Assembly: GCA_963830455.1 (NCBI GenBank)
Contig: CAWHMT010000002.1
Location: forward strand, 879,569 to 943,568
DNA length: 64,000 nt
Source of the DNA: an uncultured Gemmatimonadales bacterium
GTDB lineage: Bacteria; Gemmatimonadota; Gemmatimonadetes; Gemmatimonadales; GWC2-71-9
Reading direction: 5' to 3'
Of this stretch, positions 9,428 to 19,459 are shown piece by piece. Every line of letters starts with the position of its first letter. Position 1 is the first letter of the stretch. A program made the translations under genes and the position numbers. The notes under the pieces were generated by a model. That model searched no databases. It was not told where the DNA came from and saw only the letters and a list, made by a program, of their open reading frames with translations.

Positions 9428-10439
9428 CGCGCACCACACCCCATCCGTCCCGGCGCGCACGCGCATAACGCGCGTCCCGCAGGTAAATCGCTTTACCGGT
9501 TGTATCCACCTCTGCAGCGAGAAAGCGCGCGAACTGAGCCATGGCGCGGCCGTCGGGCGTCTCGCTGAGCGCCCGCCGCACCGCCGGGAGCCGGAGGTTA
9601 CGGGGCAGTCGCCAGTCCTCGCCCGCAACGGTGTCGGTACTCGCGTACATCGCCTCCCACGTGAACGGTTTGCCGACCTCGGTGAGTGCTGCCCAGGTCG
9701 CTCCTTTCCCGAACCGTCGTTGCGCTTCGCTCCGGATTTCAGCCTTGCGCTGCCGGGCTGCGACGCCCTGGGCGACCGAGTAGGTCCCCAGGAGCAGGAG
9801 TGCGACGATTGCCGCCCGCTGTCGCGCCACGGGCCCGACCCAATAACGAACCCAGCCGATCAGCCCCACAACCAGCAAGATCGCAAAGGCGACGAGGACC
9901 CACGGGGCCGCGGTCTGGCGCGCGAGGACGACCACGAGGGTCATTAGCGATACGACCAACACTGTGAAGCTCAAGGGGAGCCAGTGCCGGTTTGCTCCCC
10001 AGGCGAGCGCGACGAGCGGCACGATCCAGAAGAACACATCGGCGATCGCGACCCAGTCGAGGTAGTACCAGGTGGAGTTCCACGGCAAGAACGGACGCCA
10101 GCCGTACGATCCCTGCCAATCCATGAAGGGATGACTGAGAACCGCGGCGCCGATGCAGGCCAGCAGCCAGCGCCAGGGCGGACGACTCGAGATTCGCCAG
10201 CTCGCCCCCACGAGCAGCGTGAGCGCGAAAATCTGTACGAGTGCGCCGAGCAGCGAGTGCGTGATGCCGCGATGCAGGACGAGGAATTTGTCCGGAGTAC
10301 TGGGGAGACCGATCAGGAGCTCGGTCCAGTCAGGGGCGTTGGCGGCGACGGCACCGATCACACTCGCGAGGGGCACGTGGCGGTCGGCGACGGCGCGCCC
10401 CAGGGCCGCGCCGACCAACGTGTGCGCAAGGTTGTCCAT
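9414..10439 (-). CDS. Membrane-bound metal-dependent hydrolase (YdjM/LexA-regulated family)
   Basis: 'MDNLAH', 'ANAPD', 'HRGITHS', 'SHPFMDW' motifs plus TM helices. Confidence 0.85.
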   Translation of the reverse strand: MDNLAHTLVGAALGRAVADRHVPLASVIGAVAANAPDWTELLIGLPSTPDKFLVLHRGITHSLLGALVQIFALTLLVGASWRISSRPPWRWLLACIGAAVLSHPFMDWQGSYGWRPFLPWNSTWYYLDWVAIADVFFWIVPLVALAWGANRHWLPLSFTVLVVSLMTLVVVLARQTAAPWVLVAFAILLVVGLIGWVRYWVGPVARQRAAIVALLLLGTYSVAQGVAARQRKAEIRSEAQRRFGKGATWAALTEVGKPFTWEAMYASTDTVAGEDWRLPRNLRLPAVRRALSETPDGRAMAQFARFLAAEVDTTGKAIYLRDARYARARRDGWGVVRVRLE

Positions 10440-10535
10440 CGCTACACTTTGACCTCCCACCTCGCGGCTGGCAATGAGGTAGCCGCAGCGGCGCGAGTCT
10501 CCCCACCTAAATGATCGGCGTTAGTTTTCCGGCCA

Positions 10536-11864
10536 ATGAATCTCCTGGGATGGATGCGCGCAGCGGAGGAATCGCTTGCGCAATGGGACGAGCTCGTCGC
10601 GCTGGCGGCGGCCGTCAAGGCAGATGGACTTGATCGCACGCTGGTGTGCGGCATGGGGGGGTCGAGTCTGGTCGCCGACGTCCTGGCCGAGACCTTTCGC
10701 GTGCCGCACCTCCACGTACTGGACAGTACGAACCCGGCGGCCGTTCGTGCGGCAGGAACGGACGCCGATCTTGCGCGCACCCTGTTCGTCATTTCCAGCA
10801 AGTCGGGCAACACGGTCGAAACGCTCGCCTTTTGTCATCATTTCATGGCGCGCGCGCGCCCCGAGCAATTCGTCGCGATCACCGAGATGGGCAGCCCGCT
10901 CGCGGCTTTGGCGCGCGAAAGGCGCTTCCGCGCGGTCATCCCACATCCCCCGGACGTGGGCGGACGATATTCGGCTCTGACCGCTGTCGGCATGCTGCCG
11001 GCGGCGCTGGCCGGCATCGACGGGCGTGAGCTCCTCACCCGTACGCCAGGCGTCGATGTGTCGGCCGCGAAGGTCCTGGGCCGGAGGATCGGGGAGACGG
11101 CGAAGGGCGGCCGCGACAAGCTGAGCGTGTCGCCGCCGCCGTCACTCGCCGGGCTCGCGTACTGGATCGAACAGCTGATCGCCGAGAGCTCGGGCAAGGA
11201 TGGCCGCGGCGTCGTTCCGATCGTGCAGGATCCAGTAGGCGCCGCGCTGCCCGATATGCAGGCGGTCGAGGCCCGTGACTTCTCCGCCGATCCACTCGAC
11301 CTCGGCAGCGAGTTTCTGCGTTGGGAATACGCGACCCAGGCGCTGTGTGAAACCCTGGGCGTGAATGCGTTCGATCAACCCGATGTCGAAGAAGCCAAAC
11401 GGCTGGCACGCGCGGAGCTGGAAGGGGCGAGTGCGAGAGTAGGGGCGCCGCATGCTGCGCCCCTACAAACGATGACGCCCGCGGAGCTGCGTCGCGGCGC
11501 CCGGCCTGGGGAGTACGTCGCGATTCTCGCCTACGTGCCGCCCACACCCGCGGTGTTCGCCCAGCTGCGGGAGCTGCGGGCCGCGTGGGGTCGCGCCCTG
11601 AAGTGCGCGACGACGCTGGGTATCGGCCCGCGCTACCTCCACTCGACCGGGCAGCTGCACAAAGGCGGGCCGCCGAGCGGATTGTTCCTCGTCATCACCA
11701 CCGACACGCCCGCCGATATCGAGATCCCGACGATGGACACGAGCTTCGGCGCATTGCATCGCGCACAAGCGCGCGGGGACGTTCGAGCGCTGCTGGCGAG
11801 ACGGCGCCGTGTGGCTCACGTCCATCTGTCCAGCATCGCGGAGCTCGCTCAGATCCGGCCGTGA
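10536..11864 (+). CDS. Glucose-6-phosphate isomerase-like SIS protein (Tal-Pgi type isomerase domain)
   Basis: 'GMGGSSL', 'SSKSGNTVET', 'VGGRYSAL', 'EQLIAESSGKDG', 'FDQPDVEEAK', 'GPRYLHSTGQLHKGG'. Confidence 0.85.
   Translation: MNLLGWMRAAEESLAQWDELVALAAAVKADGLDRTLVCGMGGSSLVADVLAETFRVPHLHVLDSTNPAAVRAAGTDADLARTLFVISSKSGNTVETLAFCHHFMARARPEQFVAITEMGSPLAALARERRFRAVIPHPPDVGGRYSALTAVGMLPAALAGIDGRELLTRTPGVDVSAAKVLGRRIGETAKGGRDKLSVSPPPSLAGLAYWIEQLIAESSGKDGRGVVPIVQDPVGAALPDMQAVEARDFSADPLDLGSEFLRWEYATQALCETLGVNAFDQPDVEEAKRLARAELEGASARVGAPHAAPLQTMTPAELRRGARPGEYVAILAYVPPTPAVFAQLRELRAAWGRALKCATTLGIGPRYLHSTGQLHKGGPPSGLFLVITTDTPADIEIPTMDTSFGALHRAQARGDVRALLARRRRVAHVHLSSIAELAQIRP
11439..11466. repeat. GTAG-type REP-like palindrome inside the isomerase CDS
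   Basis: gtaggggcgccgcatgctgcgcccctac: 28-nt near-perfect palindrome starting GTAG and ending CTAC. Confidence 0.7.
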
Positions 11865-14503
11865 CGGCATTCATCTTCCATCTGATCGCGCACACGCACT
11901 GGGACCGCGAGTGGTTCCTTCCGCGCGCGGCGTTTCACGCGCGGCTCATCGCGATGTTCGACGTTCTCCTCGAACGCATGGCCGCCGATCCGGGATTCCG
12001 GACCTTCCTGCTCGACGGTCAGACCGTCCTCGTCGAGGATTACCTGCGCGCTCGTCCCGAGCGCGAGGGCGAGCTGAAGACACTCGTCAAATCCGGCCGC
12101 TTGCAGGTAGGGCCGTGGTACGTGCTGGCGGACGAGCTGATCCCGTCGGGGGAGTCGTTGATCCGGAACCTACTGCTCGGCACGGCGGATGCCGAGCGCT
12201 TGGGTGGGCGATCGGATGTGCTGTACTCGCCCGATGCATTCGGACATCCGGCCGCGCTGCCGACGCTGGCGCGGGAGTTCGGGATGAAGTTCGGGGTTGT
12301 GTGGCGCGGCCTGGGCGGAGAGCCGGGTCAGGAGCAGGACTTTTTTCGCTGGCGTGGCCTGGACGGACGGGACATCCTGCTGTGGCATCTGCCGCAGCAG
12401 GGTTACGAAATCGGCGCGGCGTTGCCGGCTGCCGGCGCCCGACTGCCGGACATTTGGACTCAGGTGCGCGCGGCGCTGGTGCAACGCGCCGCCGGGAAGC
12501 ACGTGCCGCTGTTCATCGGCGCCGACCATCACGCGCCCCATCCCACACTGGCCCGCCTGCGCGACCTGCTGGCGGACCTCGAGCCGACGAGCGCGTTTCG
12601 CGTGTCGCGTCTCGACGAGTTCTTCCAGGCGGCCGACGGAACGCCGGCGCGGCCGGTCGCGGGCGAGCTGCGCTGGTCGTACGGCTACACGTGGACCCTG
12701 CAGGGAGTGCATGGGACGCGCGCGCCCCTCAAACGGCGCCACGGGCAAGTGGAGTTGTGGTTGGAGCGTATCGCGGAACCACTCGGGGCGCTCGCTCGGC
12801 TGGCAAATCCGGCTGCGGCAAGCCGCGATCGCCGTCCGGTGCTCGACAGCGCGTGGCGAACGCTCGTGCGCACGCAATTCCACGATACGATTGCGGGGTC
12901 CACCGCAGACAGCGTCGCCGCCGCGGCGGAGCATCGGCTCAACGAGGTCGCGGCGTACGCCGGAGAGCTGACGCGCGGTGCGCTGCACGAGCTGGCGGGT
13001 TACGATCCCGACGCGGCGCGCGAGCGCACCGATGGAGCGGAGCCCACGCTCGTGCTCTGGAATCCCGCGGCGCGGCCGCGTGGCGGCGTCACCATCGCCG
13101 ATGTCAGCATGTTTCGCCGCGACGTGCTGGTGGGGCCTCCGGCCGCCGGTCGCGCACCGCGACAGGGGCCGGGCTTCCGGCCTTTTGCGCTGTATGGCGC
13201 GGGCGTGGAGACGCGACCGCTCCCCGTCCAGGTACTCGCGCGGCGCGTCACTCAGGAGCGCGCTGACGCCGCCCGGCACTATCCCGATCAAGACGAAGTC
13301 GAGCAAATACGTATCGCGTTCCGGACGCCGCCCGTGCTGGGCCTGGGTGTGACGGCAGTGAAAGCCGGTCCCCCCGTCTCGCTGCCGCGCGCCGAGGACG
13401 TCCGCGTGCGCGGTCGCTCGCTCGAGAATCGATTCGTCCAGGTTGCCCTGGAGCCGAACGGCGCGCTGACGATTACCGATCGACGCAAGAACGAGCGCTA
13501 CGGCGACCTGTTGCGGCTCGAGGACGCCGGCGATGCCGGTGACGCGTACACGTTCGCTCCGCCGTCGCGCCGGCGTGTGAAACAGAGCCGGGGGCCGATT
13601 GCCGTACGACGGCTCGCGGCGGGGCCGCTGGTGGCCGCGCTCGAGGCGCGCTGGGAAGTGACCCGCGGCATCGATGCGCGCATGGTGGTGCAGCTGTACG
13701 CCGACAGCCCGATCGTCCGCACGACGCTCGACATCGACAACCGCAACTCCTACCACCGGCTGCGGGCGCGGCTCGCCACGGGCCTTGCGGGCGTGGCGGC
13801 AACGGCGGGGACCGCGTTTGGGGCGGTCGCACGACCACCGGTCACCGTTCCCGCAAAGGCGTATCCGCGCGAGACGCCTGTGCGCACGGCGCCGGCGCAG
13901 CGTTTTGTCGCCGTGGCTCGCGGCGGGCGCGGCCTCGCCGTGCTCGCTCCGGCGTTCTTCGAATACGAGTGCACCGCGAAAGGCGATCTCTACATCACGC
14001 TGCTGCGCGCCATCGGCGACTTGTCGCGCGGCGATCTCCCCACGCGGCCGGGGCATGCAGGTTGGCCCACGGCGATTCCGGCCGCCCAATGCATCGGACA
14101 GACGCGGATCGATCTCGCACTCGTTCCCGTGAGCGCCGCCGACGTGGAGCGCGGTGACGCGCTGCCCCAGCTCTGGGAGGATGCCTTCCTGCCGCTGCAC
14201 GGTCTGTGGCTGCGGGACGCGGCGGCGCTGACACTGTCGCCGATCACCATCGCCCTCGAAGGCACCGGACTCGTGTTCTCGGCGCTCAAGCCGGCGCAGA
14301 TCGGCTCGCCCATGGTGCTACGCTGCTACAACACCACGGGACGCAAGGTGTCGGGCGCCTGGCGCTTTGGGCACGGCGTCAAGACGGCGCATCGCGTGCG
14401 CGCGGATGAACGTGAAGCGGTCGCCCTGGTGCTCGAGCAGCGGGGCAACATCGTGCGCTTCGTCGCCGAACCACATGAAATCGTCTCGATACTGGTGACG
14501 TGA
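11861..14503 (+). CDS. Glycoside hydrolase family 38 (alpha-mannosidase/MngB-like)
   Basis: 'HTHWDREW', 'FLLDGQT', 'VGPWY', 'PDAFGH', 'QFHDTIAG'; GTGA overlap start. Confidence 0.9.
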   Translation: MTAFIFHLIAHTHWDREWFLPRAAFHARLIAMFDVLLERMAADPGFRTFLLDGQTVLVEDYLRARPEREGELKTLVKSGRLQVGPWYVLADELIPSGESLIRNLLLGTADAERLGGRSDVLYSPDAFGHPAALPTLAREFGMKFGVVWRGLGGEPGQEQDFFRWRGLDGRDILLWHLPQQGYEIGAALPAAGARLPDIWTQVRAALVQRAAGKHVPLFIGADHHAPHPTLARLRDLLADLEPTSAFRVSRLDEFFQAADGTPARPVAGELRWSYGYTWTLQGVHGTRAPLKRRHGQVELWLERIAEPLGALARLANPAAASRDRRPVLDSAWRTLVRTQFHDTIAGSTADSVAAAAEHRLNEVAAYAGELTRGALHELAGYDPDAARERTDGAEPTLVLWNPAARPRGGVTIADVSMFRRDVLVGPPAAGRAPRQGPGFRPFALYGAGVETRPLPVQVLARRVTQERADAARHYPDQDEVEQIRIAFRTPPVLGLGVTAVKAGPPVSLPRAEDVRVRGRSLENRFVQVALEPNGALTITDRRKNERYGDLLRLEDAGDAGDAYTFAPPSRRRVKQSRGPIAVRRLAAGPLVAALEARWEVTRGIDARMVVQLYADSPIVRTTLDIDNRNSYHRLRARLATGLAGVAATAGTAFGAVARPPVTVPAKAYPRETPVRTAPAQRFVAVARGGRGLAVLAPAFFEYECTAKGDLYITLLRAIGDLSRGDLPTRPGHAGWPTAIPAAQCIGQTRIDLALVPVSAADVERGDALPQLWEDAFLPLHGLWLRDAAALTLSPITIALEGTGLVFSALKPAQIGSPMVLRCYNTTGRKVSGAWRFGHGVKTAHRVRADEREAVALVLEQRGNIVRFVAEPHEIVSILVT

Positions 14504-15135
14504 TGGAGGAACATTTTCTCACGACGTCTCGCACCGCCCGCTACTTCACGCTTGGCTCGCCCCCGCCGGGGCGCGCCCGGGGGGCGGAGCTGTGGTTCGT
14601 GTGTCACGGCTACGGCCAACTGGCGGCCCGGTTTCTCGAGCGCTTCCGGCCGATCGAGGCGGAGCAGCGCTGCATCGTCGCGCCCGAAGGGCTATCACGG
14701 TTTTATCTGTCGGAGCATCCCGCGGAGCGGCGAGTCGGCGCGAGCTGGATGACCAAGGAGGATCGGCTCCACGAGATCGACGATTACGTCCGATATCTCG
14801 ATGCCGTGTACGCCAAAGTGTCGCCGGCCCAGCACGCCGTCACCGCGCTCGGCTTCTCACAGGGCACGGCGACCGTCTGTCGCTGGGCGGCACTCGGTGC
14901 GTCGCGCATCGACCGGCTGATTCTGTGGGGCGGGGAAGTGCCACCGGACCTCGATCTCAAGCTGCTGCGCGTTCCCCGGTTGGTGCTCGTCTACGGCACA
15001 CGGGACGAGTTCTTCACTCCCAAGGTCGTGGCGGCGAACGAGGCCCGGCTGCGCGAGCACGGCGTGCCCTACGAGCTGATGTCGTTCGAGGGTGGCCACG
15101 TCATCGAGGCTGACACGCTCGGTCGACTGATCTAG
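14500..15135 (+). CDS. Alpha/beta hydrolase (phospholipase/carboxylesterase family)
   Basis: 'HGYG', nucleophile elbow 'GFSQG', 'GTRDE', 'EGGH'. Confidence 0.85.
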   Translation: MMEEHFLTTSRTARYFTLGSPPPGRARGAELWFVCHGYGQLAARFLERFRPIEAEQRCIVAPEGLSRFYLSEHPAERRVGASWMTKEDRLHEIDDYVRYLDAVYAKVSPAQHAVTALGFSQGTATVCRWAALGASRIDRLILWGGEVPPDLDLKLLRVPRLVLVYGTRDEFFTPKVVAANEARLREHGVPYELMSFEGGHVIEADTLGRLI

Positions 15136-15974
15136 CGGTTGACGTTGGGATCGAGCACATCGCGCAGGGCATCTCCGAGCAGCGTGCATGCCACCACGAC
15201 CAGGACCAACGCGACACCGGGCGCGGTCGCTACCCACGGCGCGTTGACGAGTGTGTCACGTCCCGACGCGATCATGTTGCCCCACGATGGCGTCGGTGGT
15301 TGCACGCCCAGCCCGAGGTAGGACAATCCCGCCTCGAGCATGATCGCGTTCCCGACCCCCAGCGCCGCCGCCACGATCACCGGCGTGAGCGCATTGGGGA
15401 GGATGTGCCGCGCGAGCACGCGCAGCCGCCTCGATCCGACGGCCACTGCTCCTTCGACAAAGGGCCGCGCCGCGAGCCCCCGCACTTCGCCGTGCACCAG
15501 TCGCGCGATGCTCATCCAACCGGTGAGGCCGAGGACCACGATCACGAGTGCGGTGCTGGGGCGCCACAACGCCGCCAGGAGCAGGAGCAGCACTACGCGC
15601 GGCAACGCCAACGCGAAGTCGGTCAGGCCCAGCAGCGTGACCGAGACGAGACCGCGCCAGTAGCCCGCGACGGCGCCGACGATCACGCCGACCACGAGCG
15701 ACACCAGGACCGCCAGCACGCCGACGCCCATCGAGATCCGGGCGCCGTAGACGAGCCGGGTCCAGACATCGCGACCGAACCGATCCGTGCCGATCGGATG
15801 GAAGTCCCCGTGCACGTCGGTGGACAGCGGCGGCAGGAAGCGCGTCGCGACGATGTCTCGCTGTGCGGCGGGATCGCCGCTCGTCACGAGCGGTGCGCCG
15901 GCGGCGCACAGCAGGACCACCAACAGGGTCACTGCGCCGAACGCGCCGCGCCGGTCACGCAGCAATCGCGTCAC
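15132..15974 (-). CDS. Peptide/nickel ABC permease (DppC/OppC-like)
   Basis: 'GTDRFGRD', 'HILPN', 'EAGLSYLGLG', 'PSWGNMI'; true start GTG 15974, not the 874-aa ORF start. Confidence 0.9.
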   Translation of the reverse strand: MTRLLRDRRGAFGAVTLLVVLLCAAGAPLVTSGDPAAQRDIVATRFLPPLSTDVHGDFHPIGTDRFGRDVWTRLVYGARISMGVGVLAVLVSLVVGVIVGAVAGYWRGLVSVTLLGLTDFALALPRVVLLLLLAALWRPSTALVIVVLGLTGWMSIARLVHGEVRGLAARPFVEGAVAVGSRRLRVLARHILPNALTPVIVAAALGVGNAIMLEAGLSYLGLGVQPPTPSWGNMIASGRDTLVNAPWVATAPGVALVLVVVACTLLGDALRDVLDPNVNR

Positions 15975-16945
15975 GCCGTCAGACTCGCGCGCACTCTGGG
16001 GTCGAGCCAGCCGGCGAGCACATCGGCCAGCAGGTTGCCGGCGACCACGAGCGCAGCACTGATCGCCGTCGCCGCCATGACCACGGGGTAATCGCGTGCC
16101 TGCACCGCCTCGACGAGCACGCGCCCTACGCCCGGCCACGCAAATACCGCTTCCACAAACACGGCTCCTGAAAACAGCGCGGGGAGCGACATGCCGAGCA
16201 GCGTCACGACCGGCGTCAGCGCGTGACGCAGCGCGTGGCGGACAATGACCTGGCGCGAGGTCAGCCCTTTGGCGCGTGCGGTTGTAATGAAAGGCTGGCT
16301 CAGCGTTTCGATCATCGCGCCGCGCACGAACCGCGCGGCTCCGCCGATGCCGATCAGCGTCAGGGTCGCGAGCGGCAGCGCGAGGTGGCGCGCGCGGTCC
16401 ACGAGCCACCCACCGCCGCTCAGATAATCGGCGTCGAACCCTTGAGCCCCGAAGGCCGGGAGCCAGCGCGCCCAGTAAGTGAACACGAGCACCAGCATCA
16501 GCCCGAGCCAGTAGCCCGGTACCGCGAACAACGTCACCGACGCGACCGACAGCGCCGTATCGCTTCGCGAACCGCTGCGAGCCGCCTGGAGCGCGCCGAC
16601 CGCGATACCGATGAGATAGCTGAGCAGCAGTGAGAGGCCGACGAGCCGGACGGTGGCCGGCCAGGCGGTGGCGAGCAGCTGCCGAACGGGAAGGCCCTGG
16701 GCGATGCTGCTGCCCCAATCGCCTCGCGCGAACCGGTTGAGCCAGGTCGCGAATTGCGCGGCGAGGGGCCGGTCCAGCCCGAGCACCTCGCGCTGCATCG
16801 CGACCTGCTCGGGCGTTGCATTCGGACCGAGCAGCAGGTGCACGGGATCTCCCGGCGCGGCGTGCAGCAGCAGAAACGTGAGGATCACGACGCCGAGCAC
16901 GACGGCGAGACCGGCGAGCACACGGTGGCCCAGCCTGGCGAGCAT
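15971..16945 (-). CDS. Peptide/nickel ABC permease (DppB/OppB-like)
   Basis: 'APGDP', 'GLDRPL', 'TARAKGL', 'EAVFAWPGVG', 'RDYPVV'. Confidence 0.92.
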   Translation of the reverse strand: MLARLGHRVLAGLAVVLGVVILTFLLLHAAPGDPVHLLLGPNATPEQVAMQREVLGLDRPLAAQFATWLNRFARGDWGSSIAQGLPVRQLLATAWPATVRLVGLSLLLSYLIGIAVGALQAARSGSRSDTALSVASVTLFAVPGYWLGLMLVLVFTYWARWLPAFGAQGFDADYLSGGGWLVDRARHLALPLATLTLIGIGGAARFVRGAMIETLSQPFITTARAKGLTSRQVIVRHALRHALTPVVTLLGMSLPALFSGAVFVEAVFAWPGVGRVLVEAVQARDYPVVMAATAISAALVVAGNLLADVLAGWLDPRVRASLTA

Positions 16946-16991
16946 CGGCGGGAATCTCGCGCGGCGTATCGGCCCCCGCTAGAATGCGTGC

Positions 16992-18449
16992 GTGGCGCGT
17001 TCGCGCATGTTCTTCCTCGCCGCCGTCCTCCTGTTCAGCGCCTGCGGCGACGAGTCGCAGCGCCGCGGTAGGGCGGTGCTGTTTGCCTCCGGCGCCGATC
17101 TGCTCAGCATCAACCCGTTGCTCACCGACCATCCACTCGCGCGCCAGGTCCAGCGGTACGTCTTGCTCCTCACCCTGGCTCGTTACGACTCGACGCTCAC
17201 GCCGCACCCGTACCTGGCGCGCTCGTGGCAGTGGTCGGAGGATGGTCGCGCGCTCACGTTTCACCTGCGCACCGACATTCGCTGGCACGACGGCGTTCCG
17301 ACCACCGCACGCGATGTCGTGTGGACCCTGAACGCGGCACGCGACCCCGCGACCGGCTACCCACGCATGAGTCAGTTGCGCGGCTTGACAGCGGTGACGG
17401 CGGTGAACGATTCGACGGTCGCGCTCCGTTTCGCGAGCGCCCCCCCCGTCCAGGGATTTCCCGACGTGCTCACCGATCTCGCCATCGTCCCGGCGCATCT
17501 GCTCGACTCGGTGCCACACGCGCGCCTGCGAACGGCGGCATGGAACGCGCATCCCATCGGCAACGGCCCGTTCCGGTTCGTGCTCCATGAAGCGAACCGC
17601 CGCTGGGTGTTCGCGCGCAACCCGGATTTTCCGGCCGGGCTGGGGGGGCCGCCACTGATCGAAAAGCTGATCGTGGTCGTCGTCGACGAGCCGACGATCA
17701 AGCTGACCGCGCTGGTTGCCGGCGAGCTGGATTTCGCCGGGATCAATCCGCAGCACGCGGCGTTCGTGCGGCGGCGGGACGGCCTTGCCGTGCGAGACTA
17801 CCCGCTGATTTACCCGTTCGGGCTTGTTCTCAATACGAGGCGACCGCCCTTCAATGATCCGCGCGCGCGGCTCGCCGCCGCGCTGGCCATCGACCGGCAG
17901 GAAATCGTCGACGGGTATCTGTTTGGGTACGGCGTGCCGGCGACCGGGCCAGTGCCGCCCGATGTACCCCAGTACGTCGCGACGCCGCCCATTCGCCTCG
18001 ATCCTGATTCGGCACGCCGCCTTGTTGCCGCGCTCGGGGTCCGGCCTCAGTTCGAGCTCCTGACCGTCGGGAGCGGCGAGGCGCCGCTCGAGCAGATGCT
18101 GCAGGCGCGACTCAACGCGGTTGGATTCGACGTCCGAATCCGGCAGCTCGCGAACTCCGCGTTCCAGGATTATGTGAGCGGTTCACGGCATGACTTCACT
18201 GCGGCCGTGATGGGCATCCCGGGTGATCCGGGACTCGGCTTTCTGCAGCGGGTCGGAGAGCTCACCGGCGTCGTCGTTCCCGCAGACCCCACGGCCGCGC
18301 AGCAGGTGCTGGCGGAACAACTCCCGGTGATCTGGTTGTATCACGCGCGCGGCGTTCAGGGGATGAATCAGCGCGTACTGGGCGTTCAAATGGACGTCCG
18401 GGGTGAGCTCCCCACCGTCACGGCCTGGCACATTCGAGCAGCGCAATGA
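16992..18449 (+). CDS. Family 5 ABC substrate-binding lipoprotein
   Basis: Lipobox 'LFSAC', 'RWHDGVPTTARDV', 'PIGNGPF', 'AIDRQEIV'. Confidence 0.9.
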   Translation: MARSRMFFLAAVLLFSACGDESQRRGRAVLFASGADLLSINPLLTDHPLARQVQRYVLLLTLARYDSTLTPHPYLARSWQWSEDGRALTFHLRTDIRWHDGVPTTARDVVWTLNAARDPATGYPRMSQLRGLTAVTAVNDSTVALRFASAPPVQGFPDVLTDLAIVPAHLLDSVPHARLRTAAWNAHPIGNGPFRFVLHEANRRWVFARNPDFPAGLGGPPLIEKLIVVVVDEPTIKLTALVAGELDFAGINPQHAAFVRRRDGLAVRDYPLIYPFGLVLNTRRPPFNDPRARLAAALAIDRQEIVDGYLFGYGVPATGPVPPDVPQYVATPPIRLDPDSARRLVAALGVRPQFELLTVGSGEAPLEQMLQARLNAVGFDVRIRQLANSAFQDYVSGSRHDFTAAVMGIPGDPGLGFLQRVGELTGVVVPADPTAAQQVLAEQLPVIWLYHARGVQGMNQRVLGVQMDVRGELPTVTAWHIRAAQ

Positions 18450-19459
18450 GACGGCGCGACCTCCCGACCGAGTTCCATGGCACGGCGCCGATGCGGCTCG
18501 ATTTCGCCGGCGGCTGGACCGATGTGCCCCCATTCTCGGCGCGCGAAGGTGGCGTGGTCGTCAACGGGGCCATTGGACTGCGCGCCCATGTCGAGCTGAA
18601 GCTCGGCGGCACGCTGCTACGCCTCGTCGCCGAAGAGCTCGGCGAAACGCTCGAGTGCGCGAATGCCGGCGGGCTCGTGCGCGGGGGGAAGCTGCCCCTG
18701 CTCACGGCGGCGCTGCGCATGTTTCCGGTGCTGGGCGGCTTTACCCTTACCACGCGCAGCGACGCGCCTTCCGGCTCGGGGTTGGGCAGCTCGGGAGCCC
18801 TCGGCGTCGCGCTCGTCGGGGCGCTCACCCGCGCGCGCCAGGAGTCACTCGACGGCAGGGATTTCGCGGAGCAAGCTTGGCATGTGGAGACCATCGAGGC
18901 CGGACTGCCCGGCGGCAAGCAGGACCAGTACGGCGCTGCACTGGGCGGCTTTCATCGCTTCAGTTTTCGCGACCCCGATGTCGGCGTCGAGCCGGTGACC
19001 CTCGATCCCGCGTTCGCGGCGGCGCTGGAGCGCCAGATTCTGGTCTGCTACACGAACAAGAGCCGCGTGTCCGGCGACACGATCTCGCGCGTGATGGGCG
19101 CGTATGAGAGTGGCGATGCGAAGGTGACGGCGGCGCTGCGCGGCCTGAAAGATGTGGGCGACGCCATGGCCGAGGCGCTGCGCGCAGCCGACCTGGCGCG
19201 CGTGGGATCGCTCCTGAGCGAGAATTGGAAGCACCAGCAGGCGCTCGATCCCGGCATGCGCACGCCCGAGATGGCTCGCCTCGAGCAGGCGGCGGCGCAC
19301 GCTGGTATGCTCGGCGGCAAGGCCGCCGGTGCGGGCGCTGGGGGGTCCATGTTCTTCATAATGAAGGGCGCCGCACGCGACGCGGCGGCTGCGCTCACTG
19401 CCGCCGGGGCGACCGTCCTGCCGCTCACCTGGTCCCGAGAGGGAGTGCGCGCGTGGTAA
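18446..19459 (+). CDS. GHMP family sugar kinase (HddA/fucokinase-like)
   Basis: 'APMRLDFAGGWTD', 'PSGSGLGSSG', 'GGKQDQY', 'GAGAGG'. Confidence 0.88.
   Translation: MRRRDLPTEFHGTAPMRLDFAGGWTDVPPFSAREGGVVVNGAIGLRAHVELKLGGTLLRLVAEELGETLECANAGGLVRGGKLPLLTAALRMFPVLGGFTLTTRSDAPSGSGLGSSGALGVALVGALTRARQESLDGRDFAEQAWHVETIEAGLPGGKQDQYGAALGGFHRFSFRDPDVGVEPVTLDPAFAAALERQILVCYTNKSRVSGDTISRVMGAYESGDAKVTAALRGLKDVGDAMAEALRAADLARVGSLLSENWKHQQALDPGMRTPEMARLEQAAAHAGMLGGKAAGAGAGGSMFFIMKGAARDAAAALTAAGATVLPLTWSREGVRAW

Noticed and set aside
15975-17756. Long N-terminal extension of the 874-aa ORF, suggesting a giant permease fusion
   Set aside because: It overlaps the dppB-like and binding-protein genes; homology starts only at GTG 15974.
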